Below are positions 25,672 through 35,703 of a stretch of 40,876 nt of DNA, piece after piece. Numbering within the stretch: position 1 is the stretch's first letter; each line of letters starts with the position of its first letter. The DNA is from a virus (Duplodnaviria > Caudoviricetes). The stretch is from positions 1 through 40,876 of the IMG/VR virus record IMGVR_UViG_3300043174_000025; one strand, written 5' to 3'. The position numbers and the translations under genes are program-made. Under the pieces are notes generated by a model. The model worked only from the letters and a program-made list of their open reading frames with translations, did not search any database and was not told where the DNA came from.

Positions 25672-26954
25672 TGGCCACATTCGATCCGGCTCCGCCGCTT
25701 CTCGACCACAACCTGTACCGCTACCAGATGAGCGGTGGCCCCTCCTATGTCGGGCAGGACAATCCGCAGGTGCAGCAGCAGACCGATCCGCTCGCGGCAA
25801 TCTTCGGGCTGCGTCATCGGCTGCCCAGCGTTGCGCCGCTTGGCGGCCCGCAGTCGACTGCGGCCATCCCTCTCGGCCAGACGGCCGACGAGCTGACGGC
25901 GCAGGGTTTCCGCACCGGCGACTTTCCGCCGCCCGGTGCCAATCGCGGCGAGCCAACGCCTGCAGGCCCTCCCGGCTTCGACCAGAACCGCTTCGACGGC
26001 GCATGGCAGGGCATGGATGTCAGCGGCTCCACCTTCGATCCGGAGGCTGCCGCCATGCCGATGGATGCCGCTCCACCCGCGGCTGCGGCGGAGCCTTCCC
26101 TGCGCGAGCGCCTCGCCCCGATCCTCAACGGTCTCGGAGCCGGTGTCGCGGCGAACAACATGGCGGCCGGCATCCCGGTGATGAATTACCGTCGCGACGT
26201 AGCTGCGCAGCGCAAGCGCTACGACGACGCTGTCGCCTACAAGCGTCAGCAGGATGAGCAGGCGCTGGCCCTTGATCGGCAGAAGAGAAACGCAACGGTC
26301 GGTTTCCTCGCCAAGCAGTTCGGCGAGGATGACCCGCGCGTGCAGCTCGCTCGCCAGAACCCGGATGCGGTCGCCTTTTTGCTGCCCAATCTGAAGGAGA
26401 TCGGCTCGGTCCGCACCGAGTACCTCAACTCGCCCATCGTCAAGGAATACGACATCATCGACATGCAGTATGCGAACGTCCTCGACGCCGCCGCATCGGC
26501 AAAGACCGACAAGACCGGGATGTCGGCGATCAAGCTGGTTTACTCCTACATGAAGATGCTCGATCCCAACTCGGCGATCCGCGAGAACGAAGTCGCGATG
26601 CCGAACAATGTCGGCAACGTCCCCGACCGCGTCTGGAACCTCTACAACCGGATGATGAAGGGCAAGCAGTACGATGCGAACAAGGTGCTCGGCTTCGTCA
26701 GAGAGGCGGCTGACATCCACGCTCGCTCGACCATCAGGCTGGTCCGCCACAACCAGTACTATCAGGGCATCCGCGACAGCGCCCAGATGGACCCGCGCCT
26801 GTTCCCGCTGCGCCAGCCCAGCCGCTACCCTGAGCCGGAGAAGCCGCAGATGACGCCCTCCCCGCTTCCGGGGCCGCGTCTGGTTCCGGGCGACCCCGGC
26901 GCGCCCATCCCGACGCAGAACCCAGACGTCACGATCACACCGGGTAGGCACTGA
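25671..26954 (+). CDS. Internal virion / ejection protein
   Basis: LVYSYMKMLDPNSAIRENE motif typical of podovirus ejection proteins. Confidence 0.75.
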   Translation: MATFDPAPPLLDHNLYRYQMSGGPSYVGQDNPQVQQQTDPLAAIFGLRHRLPSVAPLGGPQSTAAIPLGQTADELTAQGFRTGDFPPPGANRGEPTPAGPPGFDQNRFDGAWQGMDVSGSTFDPEAAAMPMDAAPPAAAAEPSLRERLAPILNGLGAGVAANNMAAGIPVMNYRRDVAAQRKRYDDAVAYKRQQDEQALALDRQKRNATVGFLAKQFGEDDPRVQLARQNPDAVAFLLPNLKEIGSVRTEYLNSPIVKEYDIIDMQYANVLDAAASAKTDKTGMSAIKLVYSYMKMLDPNSAIRENEVAMPNNVGNVPDRVWNLYNRMMKGKQYDANKVLGFVREAADIHARSTIRLVRHNQYYQGIRDSAQMDPRLFPLRQPSRYPEPEKPQMTPSPLPGPRLVPGDPGAPIPTQNPDVTITPGRH

Positions 26955-28759
26955 TGGGAACGTACTACTTCACCCGAAACGGACAGGAATATACCGTCAC
27001 TGGTCCGGATCACGACACCGCGTGGGCGGAGTTCGATCGCGCCGTTCCGGTCACCGACGAGGTTGACACGGTCGGCGAGTACGCCAAGGACGTGGGCAAC
27101 TCCGTCGCTGCCGGTGTTGCGCAGGGGGCTTCGGAACTGCTCGGTCTGCCGGGGACAATGTATGACGCCTTGCAGCAAGGCATCGGCTGGGTCGGCAACA
27201 AGGCCTACAAGGCGGTCACCGGCGAGGAGCCGACGCGCGACGGGACCGAGGGTTTCATCGAGCGCATGGTCGCACCGAACGAACAGGGCCGCTACGGCGA
27301 CGAGAACCCGGTCACCGGCAACAAGATCAGGAACATGGTCGCCGACCTGTCTCACGGCAGGTCCGAATACGTGCCGCAGACGGTGGCTGGCGAGTACAGC
27401 CGCACCGTCGGCCGCTACGCCCCTGGCACGATTCTCTTCGGCGGCGCGAACCCGCGCAACCTGCTACAGTACGGCCTCGCCCCGGCGCTGGCGGAGGAGA
27501 CTGCCGGGCAGGCAACGAAGGGCAGCAAGTGGGAGCCGACGGTGCGCATCGGCGCATCCTTCCTTGCCCCCTTCGCCGTCGAAGGAACGATCAACAAGCT
27601 GGTGACGCCGAACGTCGCGCGGCCTGACCCGGTGCGTGCGCGCCACCTGCGCACCATGGACGATGAGGGCGTCGAGCTGACTGCCGGCCAGCGCCTCAAC
27701 AGCAAGAACCTGCGCCGCAAGGAGGCGATGCGCAGCTTCGGGGCCGCCGAGGATTTCGACTTCGCCCAGAAGGGCCAGTACACCAATGCGATCATGCGCC
27801 GCATCGGCGAGGACGTCGATCAGGTCGACGAGCGCGTCCTCAACCGCGCCGCCCGCCGCCTGTCGGAAGGTTTCCAACGCACCCTCGCCGGCACGACGCT
27901 GATGCCAGATCGCGCTCTCTCCGATGACCTGCGCGGCATCTGGGGGCGCTACAACGAGCAGGTCATGGCTGGCGACCGCACCAACGACCTGCGCCGTCTG
28001 CTGACCGATGTCACCACCGAGGTGCAGCGCAACGGCAGCATGACCGGCGAATACTATCAGGCGCTGCGCTCCAAGGCGGTCGAAGGCATCATGCGCAACC
28101 GCGCCGCCGGGGGTGCTGGCCGCGTCAATGCGGAAAGCCTCAGCGACTTTGTAGACGCGCTAGATGACGCCTTCGAGCGATCGATGATGATGCAGAACAA
28201 CCCGCGGGCTGCGGTCGAGCTGCGCCGGCTGCGCCGGTCCTGGCGCGACATGCAGACAGTCACCCGTGCCGCCGGTGGACGCGGCGAGGGCGGGGCGCTG
28301 GCCTCCGGTCATATCTCCCCGGCAAAGCTGCGCGAGGCGGTAGAGGCTGACACCCCCGGCGGCAGGAAGAATTTCGCCCGCCGCGGCGGCGGCCGCTTCC
28401 GCGATCTCGCCATTGCCGGTGAGGCGACGATGACGCCGCTTCAGTCCTCCAGCACCTCCGAGCGCGGCGTTGCATCTCGGATATTCCGCCCTGAGGCCGG
28501 GGTGGGCTCGGCTGCTGGCGGCTATCTCGGCAGCTTCCTCGGCCCGATGGGCGCGGCTGGCGGCGCAGCCCTTGGCGGCTTGCTTGGCAATGCCGCTTCG
28601 CCGATGGTCGGTGAGGCGATGCTGTCGCGCGCCGGGCGTCACTATCTGGCCAACCAGCTGGTCCCGCGCCAGTCTGTCAGCCAGATTGCAGAGCAAGGCC
28701 TCATCCCGTCGCTGATTGCGGCGCAGCGTCAAGAGGTCGAGAGGAATAGGAAACGGTAA
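26954..28759 (+). CDS. Internal virion / ejection protein
   Basis: GVELTAGQR, SSSTSER, Gly/Ala-rich C-terminal membrane-like hairpin. Confidence 0.78.
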   Translation: MGTYYFTRNGQEYTVTGPDHDTAWAEFDRAVPVTDEVDTVGEYAKDVGNSVAAGVAQGASELLGLPGTMYDALQQGIGWVGNKAYKAVTGEEPTRDGTEGFIERMVAPNEQGRYGDENPVTGNKIRNMVADLSHGRSEYVPQTVAGEYSRTVGRYAPGTILFGGANPRNLLQYGLAPALAEETAGQATKGSKWEPTVRIGASFLAPFAVEGTINKLVTPNVARPDPVRARHLRTMDDEGVELTAGQRLNSKNLRRKEAMRSFGAAEDFDFAQKGQYTNAIMRRIGEDVDQVDERVLNRAARRLSEGFQRTLAGTTLMPDRALSDDLRGIWGRYNEQVMAGDRTNDLRRLLTDVTTEVQRNGSMTGEYYQALRSKAVEGIMRNRAAGGAGRVNAESLSDFVDALDDAFERSMMMQNNPRAAVELRRLRRSWRDMQTVTRAAGGRGEGGALASGHISPAKLREAVEADTPGGRKNFARRGGGRFRDLAIAGEATMTPLQSSSTSERGVASRIFRPEAGVGSAAGGYLGSFLGPMGAAGGAALGGLLGNAASPMVGEAMLSRAGRHYLANQLVPRQSVSQIAEQGLIPSLIAAQRQEVERNRKR

Positions 28760-31740
28760 TGGCCAGCAAGGCGGTCATCGACGTCATTCTGGGTGAGGCC
28801 GTCGCAGGCGACTGGGACGATATGCTCGCCATCGCCTCGACCATGGTCAACCGCGCCGCGCGTGCCGGTGTAGAGCTGGAGCAGGTGCTGCCCGGCTACA
28901 ACGCCACCAAGCCGTCGAAGGGGACCGAGAAGTACCGCGAGATGGCGGAGCGGGCGCTGGCGCAGGCGATGGTGCAGCCGTCGACCACGGCGACGCACTA
29001 CTACAACCCGGAAAAGGTTTCCCGGCCCGGCTGGGCGCGCGCTGGCGTCTTCGATCCGGCAATGCAGACGGCCGGCCACCACTACTTCACCGCCCCGGAG
29101 GGCGACGTCGCGCGCACGCACAAGGGCCTGACCAAGCTAGGCCCGATCCAGCAGGCGGCGCAGCAGCCGACCTTCCTCGGCTCCGACGTCGACATGGCGC
29201 AGCGCCTGATCAGCGCTGTCTCGACCTATCTCGGCGATATGCCGTCGATGCAGAACGGCGCATTCTTCCCGGAAACGCAGCAGAGGCAGCCCGACCCGGT
29301 CGCCCCCGCACCGGGTGAGTTTGTCTCGCAGGCGCTGTCTGGGTCGAAACTGGACGCGCGTGCCGTGACCCGCGACCAGCTCTCGCGTGCCGATCGGCGC
29401 AGCACCCCCGGCAGTCGCAACATCTCCCTCGACTTCAACGCCAATATGAAACAAGTCGGGGTGATGACCATCATCCCCGATGACGCAACACCGCAGGAGC
29501 GCGCCGCAGCCGAGGCCTACAATCAGGGCGTCGTCGACTTCATGGCGGCAAACGGCTACCCGAATTACCCGAACAACGGCGTAAAGACGACAACCGAGAA
29601 CGGCCGGGGCAAGAAGGGATACTTCCACACCGAGCCGTTCTTTGCCAGCGACAAGCTTGCCGCCGAGATCATGGCGCGCAACCCGGACGGCTACGCGCAG
29701 GTCGTCTCTCAGACCCTCGGCCAGATCGACGGCGCGCGCTTCATCGCCCCGCACGAGCAGATGGATCAAGGTATTGTATCCACCCACCTCGGCGAGGGTA
29801 AAATATCCGAAACGCGCTTTGCGACCGAGACGCTGATCCCGGCCCTGCAGCGTGCCGGCGCAAACGTGCCTGAGGCAAAGATCACCGACGTGCCGCCGGC
29901 CGAGGACCGCGTCACCCGCGAGCCGAACAACCTGACCAACCGGATCAACAGCATCTTTGCCGCGAGGCCGGATTACCCCTCCGGCATGCCCGCCTACGAG
30001 CCCGGCTTCGAGACTGGCCCGGAATTTGACACGCCTGTCGCCGCCCCTGTGGGCAAGGTTGAGCGCGGACCCGTTTCCCGGCCCTCTGTACTGTCCTACG
30101 ACAAACGCTTCTCACCGGGCTTCCCTGTGGGCTCTATGCCCGGCTTCGACCCGGCCCGCTTCGAGCAGGACATCTCCGCAATGCTCGATCTGGGTGCTGA
30201 AACCGATCCGTCGCGCTACGGCATGGCGATGCAGCCGCCAGCAATATCGCCCAGCCTGACTGCGCCGCAGACGACGGTGGCCGGAGACCCTCGCACGCAG
30301 ATGCAGCCGGGCGGCATCCAGCGCTTCTCCAGCAACATGGCTCCGACGCCGCGTCCGGAATACGCCCCCGACACCGTCAACCTGCCCGACAACTGGTACG
30401 CCGAGCGCGTGCCGTTCAACGCCATGCCGGGCGAGCAGTTCTCCGCCATGGACATCATCGCGCACGGCAAGCAGGTGCGCGACATGGTCGCCAATGCGCC
30501 GCCAGACCCGGCAGACCTCCCGGCCCCACCCGCAACCGTCTCTACGGCGGAGCCGCAGGCGCAGCCCGACTGGTCGCGTCAGACCGGCCTTGACGAGCGC
30601 ATGGGCAACGCCGGGTGGAGCCTCTACAACAATGTGCCGCTCGGCTCCTACGTCGACACGCAGGACCGCCTGCAGGCGCAAGCCCGCGACCGTGACCTTG
30701 CCCGAACCGTCTCCTCCATCATCGGAGAGGATGCTCGCCGCACATCCGTCTATACGGCTCCTCAGGAAGCCGTCTCCACGCGCTCGATCGAGCCCCCGCG
30801 GGCACAGATGCAGGCTCCGGCTCCGCACGCCTACACGCCCTCCCAGCAGGTTTCCTTCAATCGGCCGCCGACCAGCGTCGGCACGCAGCGTCAGGCTCCC
30901 GCCCCGCCCGTCCCGGCTCCCTCGATTGCCTCGCAGGGCGTCGACGGCCTTGCGCTGAGCGACGCCTACAACGCCGCCGACATCTCCAGCGCCGATCCGT
31001 TCGGCAATCTCGGCCAGCGCGTCGGTGACGCCCTCGGCCTGTCGACGCTCGATAGCCGCAGCGAGATCATCCCCGGCGGCCAGTTCGCAACGCTTCCGGG
31101 CCCGGCTCCGCAGGCAAATTTCGGCCAGCCCTCCGGCAACCCGGTGCAGGAGATGGTTACGCGCCAGCGCGCCGCGTCGCCGGCAAACCCGTTCGTGTCC
31201 GCTCCGCAGCCGGGCTCGCGCTTCCAGCTCGGCGCTCAGCTGCCGCCCGGAACCGTGGTCAACGGCGGCATCGACCCGAACACCGGCGAGATCGTCGTCG
31301 CCTCCACCGGCAATCCGAAGGGCGGACGCGGCAAGGCGGCGCTCGGTGTCATCGGGCGCGGCGCGCTCGGCTTCGCCACCGGCGGCGTGCCGGGCGGCAT
31401 TCTCGGCCTCATCATGGGGATTGCGCAGAACGCGCTCGGACGCGGCGTCTCCCCGGAGGAGGCGGCAACCGCATTCGGAAACTTCGCCGCAGCCGCACAG
31501 GCCAACAATCCATTCTCCGCCACCTGGCCGGGAGGTATGTTCGGCGGCCAGCAGCCGGCAGGCTTCGGCGGCGGCGCTCCCTCGTACAGCATCCAATCGA
31601 ACGGCAACGGCACATTCAGCTTCGCCCCGGATGGTGGCTCGCTGCCGCCGGGTGCGGCGGCCGCAGGCTGGTCCATGAACAACCCCGAACGCAGCCCGGA
31701 CGTCGGCTACGGCTCCGGCTACGACCCGACACCGAGCTAA
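28759..31740 (+). CDS. Ejection protein with SleB-like cell-wall hydrolase and amidase-like domain
   Basis: ILGEA...AIASTMVNRA...ATHYYNP...PGWA...GHHYF; ISLDFNA / HTEPFF / APHEQMDQG; long P/Q-rich linker; C-terminal GG-rich TM-like segment. Confidence 0.75.
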   Translation: MASKAVIDVILGEAVAGDWDDMLAIASTMVNRAARAGVELEQVLPGYNATKPSKGTEKYREMAERALAQAMVQPSTTATHYYNPEKVSRPGWARAGVFDPAMQTAGHHYFTAPEGDVARTHKGLTKLGPIQQAAQQPTFLGSDVDMAQRLISAVSTYLGDMPSMQNGAFFPETQQRQPDPVAPAPGEFVSQALSGSKLDARAVTRDQLSRADRRSTPGSRNISLDFNANMKQVGVMTIIPDDATPQERAAAEAYNQGVVDFMAANGYPNYPNNGVKTTTENGRGKKGYFHTEPFFASDKLAAEIMARNPDGYAQVVSQTLGQIDGARFIAPHEQMDQGIVSTHLGEGKISETRFATETLIPALQRAGANVPEAKITDVPPAEDRVTREPNNLTNRINSIFAARPDYPSGMPAYEPGFETGPEFDTPVAAPVGKVERGPVSRPSVLSYDKRFSPGFPVGSMPGFDPARFEQDISAMLDLGAETDPSRYGMAMQPPAISPSLTAPQTTVAGDPRTQMQPGGIQRFSSNMAPTPRPEYAPDTVNLPDNWYAERVPFNAMPGEQFSAMDIIAHGKQVRDMVANAPPDPADLPAPPATVSTAEPQAQPDWSRQTGLDERMGNAGWSLYNNVPLGSYVDTQDRLQAQARDRDLARTVSSIIGEDARRTSVYTAPQEAVSTRSIEPPRAQMQAPAPHAYTPSQQVSFNRPPTSVGTQRQAPAPPVPAPSIASQGVDGLALSDAYNAADISSADPFGNLGQRVGDALGLSTLDSRSEIIPGGQFATLPGPAPQANFGQPSGNPVQEMVTRQRAASPANPFVSAPQPGSRFQLGAQLPPGTVVNGGIDPNTGEIVVASTGNPKGGRGKAALGVIGRGALGFATGGVPGGILGLIMGIAQNALGRGVSPEEAATAFGNFAAAAQANNPFSATWPGGMFGGQQPAGFGGGAPSYSIQSNGNGTFSFAPDGGSLPPGAAAAGWSMNNPERSPDVGYGSGYDPTPS

Positions 31741-31752
31741 GGAAACACGGAC

Positions 31753-32805
31753 ATGGGTTTCTACCAGAACAGCGCCAACCGCGAGAGCAACTCGACCATC
31801 AACTCGATCGCGTCGACCGGGTCCGATCCGAGTGGGAATATCGACAATTTGCTGCAGGAGCTCGCCGCGCAGGGTCGCCAGTTCGCCAATGACATCGGCG
31901 GTCCTCTTGCCGGCGGTAGCGCCGACGCGCTGACGATCACGCTCTCCTCCGGCAACCTTGCTGCAAACTATGATGGCTTTCTTTGCGGCTTCATCGCTGC
32001 CTACGACAACCTGACCGTTACCACGACTGCGCAGATCGCCGGCGGCGCTGCTGCTGCGCAGGTCTACAAGGCTGTCAACGGTGTCCAAACCCAGCTGGCG
32101 GCTGGAGATATTCAGGCCGGCAGCTACTACTTCCTGCGCTACCGCCAGAGCTGGGGCGGCTGGCAGCTGGTTGATCTCAACCACCCAGAGGCGAGCGCGA
32201 TCACTGTCGGCTTCTCCAATCTTGATGCCGCCTTGGTGGTCACCGCCTCGGAGACCATCGCCAGCAACGACAACGACACGACGCTGCCGACCTGCGCGGC
32301 GGTGATCGACTACGTCGCCTCGGCCATCTCCGGTCAAGCTCCGACGGCGACCGTGCCGGTCGGGACCGTGTCCGACTATGGTGGCAGCACCGCCCCCACC
32401 GGCTGGCTGCTGTGCTACGGGCAGGCGATCAGCCGCACCACCTACGTCTCCCTCTACGCGGTGCTTGGAACCACCTTTGGCTCCGGAGACGGCAGCACCA
32501 CCTTCAATGTTCCCGACTGCCGTGGCCGCGTTGTTGCCGGCAAGGACAATATGGGCGGCACGTCCGCCAACCGCCTGACCGGCCAGACCGGCGGCATCAA
32601 CGGTGACAATCTTGGCGCGACCGGCGGAGCTGAAACGCATGCCCTGACGTCGACACAGGTTCCGGCCAACGCTCAGGAAACCGTCGTCGACGGTACCGGC
32701 TCGTCCGCCACCATCCCGACCACGGCGCACACCGGGACGGGCGCGGCGCACAACAACATCCAGCCCACCATCATTCTCTCGAAAATCATCTACGCGGGTG
32801 TCTGA
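31753..32805 (+). CDS. Tail fibre protein 1 with tail-collar domain
   Basis: VPVGTVSDYGGSTAPTGWLLCYGQAISRTTY..LYAVLGTTFGSGDGSTTFNVPDCRGR; AHNNIQPT. Confidence 0.9.
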   Translation: MGFYQNSANRESNSTINSIASTGSDPSGNIDNLLQELAAQGRQFANDIGGPLAGGSADALTITLSSGNLAANYDGFLCGFIAAYDNLTVTTTAQIAGGAAAAQVYKAVNGVQTQLAAGDIQAGSYYFLRYRQSWGGWQLVDLNHPEASAITVGFSNLDAALVVTASETIASNDNDTTLPTCAAVIDYVASAISGQAPTATVPVGTVSDYGGSTAPTGWLLCYGQAISRTTYVSLYAVLGTTFGSGDGSTTFNVPDCRGRVVAGKDNMGGTSANRLTGQTGGINGDNLGATGGAETHALTSTQVPANAQETVVDGTGSSATIPTTAHTGTGAAHNNIQPTIILSKIIYAGV

Positions 32806-33860
32806 TGGGCGGCTTTCTGAGCAACAGCGCAACGGCGGCATCGAACACCAGCATCGGTAGCATCTCCGTTGCTACCGGAGCGCCGGTCGCCAATCTCGAT
32901 AATGCGGTGCGCGAGCTCGCCGCGCAGGGAAGGCAGTTCGCCGACGACTTCGGCGGTGCCGGCGCGGTCAGCGGCAGCGCAAACGCGATCGTCTACACCC
33001 CCGTCAGCGGCGCACTGACGGCATTCGCAGACAAGGACTTCTTCGTCTTTATCGCCGCCTATACCAACACCGGCGCGGCGACCTTCACGGTAGGCAGCGC
33101 GAGCGCCAGCATCAAGAAGAGCCTTGCCGGTGTCGAGACCCAGCTCAGTGCTGGAGACATCGTCGAGGGCGGCCTCTACATGGTCCGCTATCGCTCAAGC
33201 TGGGGCGACTTCATGCTGGTCGATCTCAACAGCTCCATCGCCGAACTGCTCGTCATCGGCTTCTCCAACCTCGAAGCCGCCTTGGTGGTGACGGAGGCGG
33301 AGGACATCGCCAGCAATGACAACGACACGACCATCCCGACCTCGGCGGCGGTCAAGGACTACGTCGACACCGAGGTGGCGGGCATCGACCCTGCCACCGT
33401 CCCGGTCGGCACCATGCTCGACTATGCCGGCTCCAGCGAACCGAGCGGCTGGCTGTTCTGCTACGGTCAGTCCCTCAGCCGCGCCAGCTACTCGGCCCTG
33501 TTCACCGCCCTCGGCACCGCCTACGGGGCGGTCGACGGCAGCTCCTTCAGCCTACCGGATTGTCGCGGCCGCATCGTCGCTGGCAAGGACGACATGGGCG
33601 GCGTCTCTGCCGATCGCCTGACTGCGCAAAGCGGCGGAGTGAATGGTGACACCCTCGGCGCGACTGGCGGCGAGGAGCGACACGACCTTGCCGGTGCCGG
33701 AATGCCGGATAACACCACATCCAGCATTTGGACGAAGAGCAGCGACAACAGCGTCCTTCAGATTGTCAACGACACTGGCCACACCGGCACGGCGAGCGAG
33801 CCGCACAATAACGTGCAGCCGAGCATCGTCTTCAACAAGATCATCTATGCGGGGGCCTGA
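32805..33860 (+). CDS. Tail fibre protein 2 with tail-collar domain (paralogue of fibre 1)
   Basis: VPVGTMLDYAGSSEPSGWLFCYGQSLSRASY..LF; collinear similarity to 31753..32805. Confidence 0.9.
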   Translation: MGGFLSNSATAASNTSIGSISVATGAPVANLDNAVRELAAQGRQFADDFGGAGAVSGSANAIVYTPVSGALTAFADKDFFVFIAAYTNTGAATFTVGSASASIKKSLAGVETQLSAGDIVEGGLYMVRYRSSWGDFMLVDLNSSIAELLVIGFSNLEAALVVTEAEDIASNDNDTTIPTSAAVKDYVDTEVAGIDPATVPVGTMLDYAGSSEPSGWLFCYGQSLSRASYSALFTALGTAYGAVDGSSFSLPDCRGRIVAGKDDMGGVSADRLTAQSGGVNGDTLGATGGEERHDLAGAGMPDNTTSSIWTKSSDNSVLQIVNDTGHTGTASEPHNNVQPSIVFNKIIYAGA

Positions 33861-33861
33861 C

Positions 33862-34380
33862 ATGAATGACCATCTCGTCCTCCTCTCCGGAGCCCTCTCC
33901 AGCATCCTGCCGAGGCGCTACAGGCGCTGGGCGAACCAGCTGGAGAACACGCTGCGCCTGCCGGACAGCGTCGCCGTCTGGAACCTGTCCTCGGACGGCG
34001 GCGGCGAGAAGCCGGCGCTGAAGGCAATCCTCGCCGACCATCGCGCCAAGACCCTCGGCAGGCTGGCCTTCGCCGGCCACTCGAATGGCGCGCGCGACAT
34101 CCTCTTCATGATCGAGACCCTCTACGGCATGGGCATCAAGGTGAGATACGCCGCCTGCCTCGACATGACGCTGGGAGAGTTTGGCTGCGAGGCCTTCGGC
34201 AACATCGCCTTCCTCGACGAGTTCCACGCCCGCCTGCAGCGCGTCGACTTCGACGAGAGCTTCAAACCGTCCGCCGCCAATTACAAGCTGTGGGAAATCA
34301 ACAAGGGTCACGTCGCCATGGCTTCCGACATGCTGGTACAGGGAAGGCTTCGGATGAAGATCGAGGAGGCCTTCCGGTGA
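33862..34380 (+). CDS. Minimal alpha/beta-hydrolase (esterase/lipase-like)
   Basis: Nucleophile elbow AGHSNG, CLD acid, C-terminal GHVAM His. Confidence 0.75.
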   Translation: MNDHLVLLSGALSSILPRRYRRWANQLENTLRLPDSVAVWNLSSDGGGEKPALKAILADHRAKTLGRLAFAGHSNGARDILFMIETLYGMGIKVRYAACLDMTLGEFGCEAFGNIAFLDEFHARLQRVDFDESFKPSAANYKLWEINKGHVAMASDMLVQGRLRMKIEEAFR

Positions 34381-35063
34381 GGTACACCATCAAGGAAATC
34401 CAGCAGCGCCTGAACACGCTCGGCTACAGCGCCGGGCCGGTCGACGGCGTCCGCGGCAAGAAGACCATCGCCGCCATCAAGGCCTTCCAGCTCAGGAACA
34501 GCTTGCGCGCCGACGGCATCGCCGGCTCCGAGACGCTGGAGGAGATGTTCGGCCATGACGTCAATCCGCAGTCGCCGGATAACTGGCCGTGGCTGACGGA
34601 GATGATGCGCGTCTATGGCTATCACGAAGTCTACGACAACGAGGCGTTGTCGCACTGGCTGAAGGGCGGCGGCAAGTATCTCGGTGACCCGAAGCTGCTC
34701 CCGTGGTGCGGCGACGCAGTCGAGACGGCCATCCTGCGCTCGCTGCCGAACGAGCCGGTGCCAACTGCGCCGTTCTGGGCCCGCAGCTGGAAAGACTTCG
34801 GCATCCACACCGAGCCGCGCGTCGGCGCAATTCTCGTCTTCGGGCGCGGCCCGCGCAGCGGCCACGTCGGCTTCTATGTCGGCGAGACGAAGACCCACTT
34901 CGTCGTGCTCGGCGGCAATCAGGAGAACCGGATCAAGAGGAGCCTGATCCGGAAGGACCGCCTCATCGCATCTCGCTGGCCGCGCACCGTAATAGTGCCT
35001 GCGAGCAATACCCGCCTTGTGGTAAAAGGCGACAGCATCACCGAAACCCGGAATGAGGAGTAA
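34377..35063 (+). CDS. Endolysin: peptidoglycan-binding domain + TIGR02594/NlpC-P60-like peptidase
   Basis: IQQRLNTLGY..GPVDGVRGKKT..AIKAFQ..DGIAG; PWCG, ARSW, GHVGF, LGGNQ. Confidence 0.92.
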   Translation: MRYTIKEIQQRLNTLGYSAGPVDGVRGKKTIAAIKAFQLRNSLRADGIAGSETLEEMFGHDVNPQSPDNWPWLTEMMRVYGYHEVYDNEALSHWLKGGGKYLGDPKLLPWCGDAVETAILRSLPNEPVPTAPFWARSWKDFGIHTEPRVGAILVFGRGPRSGHVGFYVGETKTHFVVLGGNQENRIKRSLIRKDRLIASRWPRTVIVPASNTRLVVKGDSITETRNEE

Positions 35064-35067
35064 CACC

Positions 35068-35349
35068 ATGATGCAGTATGTGTACAAGATGTGGGGCGCG
35101 ATGGGTGGCTACCTGATCGGCGCTCTGTTCGCCGGCCTGATCGCCAACGGCATGGCAACCTGCGTCGACCCGGCCAACATGGAAACCTGCACCGTTCTCG
35201 GTGTCATCTCGCCAGAGTGGGTGCGCAAGGTGATCGAGGTGCTCTTCGTCGGCCTCGGAGCCTACATCGCACCGCGCAACGTCTATCCGGACGTCGAGGC
35301 GAAGCTGAAGGTCGCCGAGACCCTCGCGAGCATCAAGGCACGCAAGTGA
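35068..35349 (+). CDS. Holin (two TM helices)
   Basis: Two hydrophobic segments, YIAPRN motif, basic C-terminus, SD GAGGAG, follows endolysin. Confidence 0.7.
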   Translation: MMQYVYKMWGAMGGYLIGALFAGLIANGMATCVDPANMETCTVLGVISPEWVRKVIEVLFVGLGAYIAPRNVYPDVEAKLKVAETLASIKARK

Positions 35350-35570
35350 CGCTCTGGTTGAAAATCGTCGCAGCCCTGTCCTCCTTCATGAACAGGGTTG
35401 CGGCCTATCTCGAAGGCCGGGAGCACAAGCGTCTCGGCCAGTTGGAGCAGGAAAATGCGCAGCTCAAGGTGGACCACGATATTTCTGATGCCGTCGATCG
35501 GGCTGATCCTGACCGGGTGCCAGATAGCGTCTTCGACGACCCCGCCAACGGCAGCAGCGACGACGTGTAA
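35346..35570 (+). CDS. i-spanin (Rz-like)
   Basis: GTGA overlap; N-terminal hydrophobic segment then coiled coil; overlapped by lipoprotein gene. Confidence 0.7.
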   Translation: MTLWLKIVAALSSFMNRVAAYLEGREHKRLGQLEQENAQLKVDHDISDAVDRADPDRVPDSVFDDPANGSSDDV

Positions 35571-35703
35571 GGCGCTCCGAAAGGCTGACCCGATCCAGTA
35601 CCTCAACGCGAACGATCGCCGTCTGGTTCGCGAGGAGTTTTCCGAAGGTGGCAGGGGCGGTCAGAAGATGGCAAGGGCCATCATGGGAGAAATCCGATGC
35701 TGA
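35455..35703 (+). CDS. o-spanin lipoprotein (Rz1-like)
   Basis: MRSSRWTTIFLMPSIGLILTGC lipobox, overlapping the i-spanin in another frame; two further Cys. Confidence 0.78.
   Translation: MRSSRWTTIFLMPSIGLILTGCQIASSTTPPTAAATTCKALRKADPIQYLNANDRRLVREEFSEGGRGGQKMARAIMGEIRC

Noticed and set aside
30112-32841. 909-aa minus-strand ORF
   Set aside because: Antisense to ejection and tail fibre genes; R/G/A-rich composition typical of shadow frames
31753-33860. Diversity-generating retroelement TR/VR pair or invertible fibre cassette
   Set aside because: No reverse transcriptase or recombinase; differences are not adenine-specific; both copies are full genes in the same orientation
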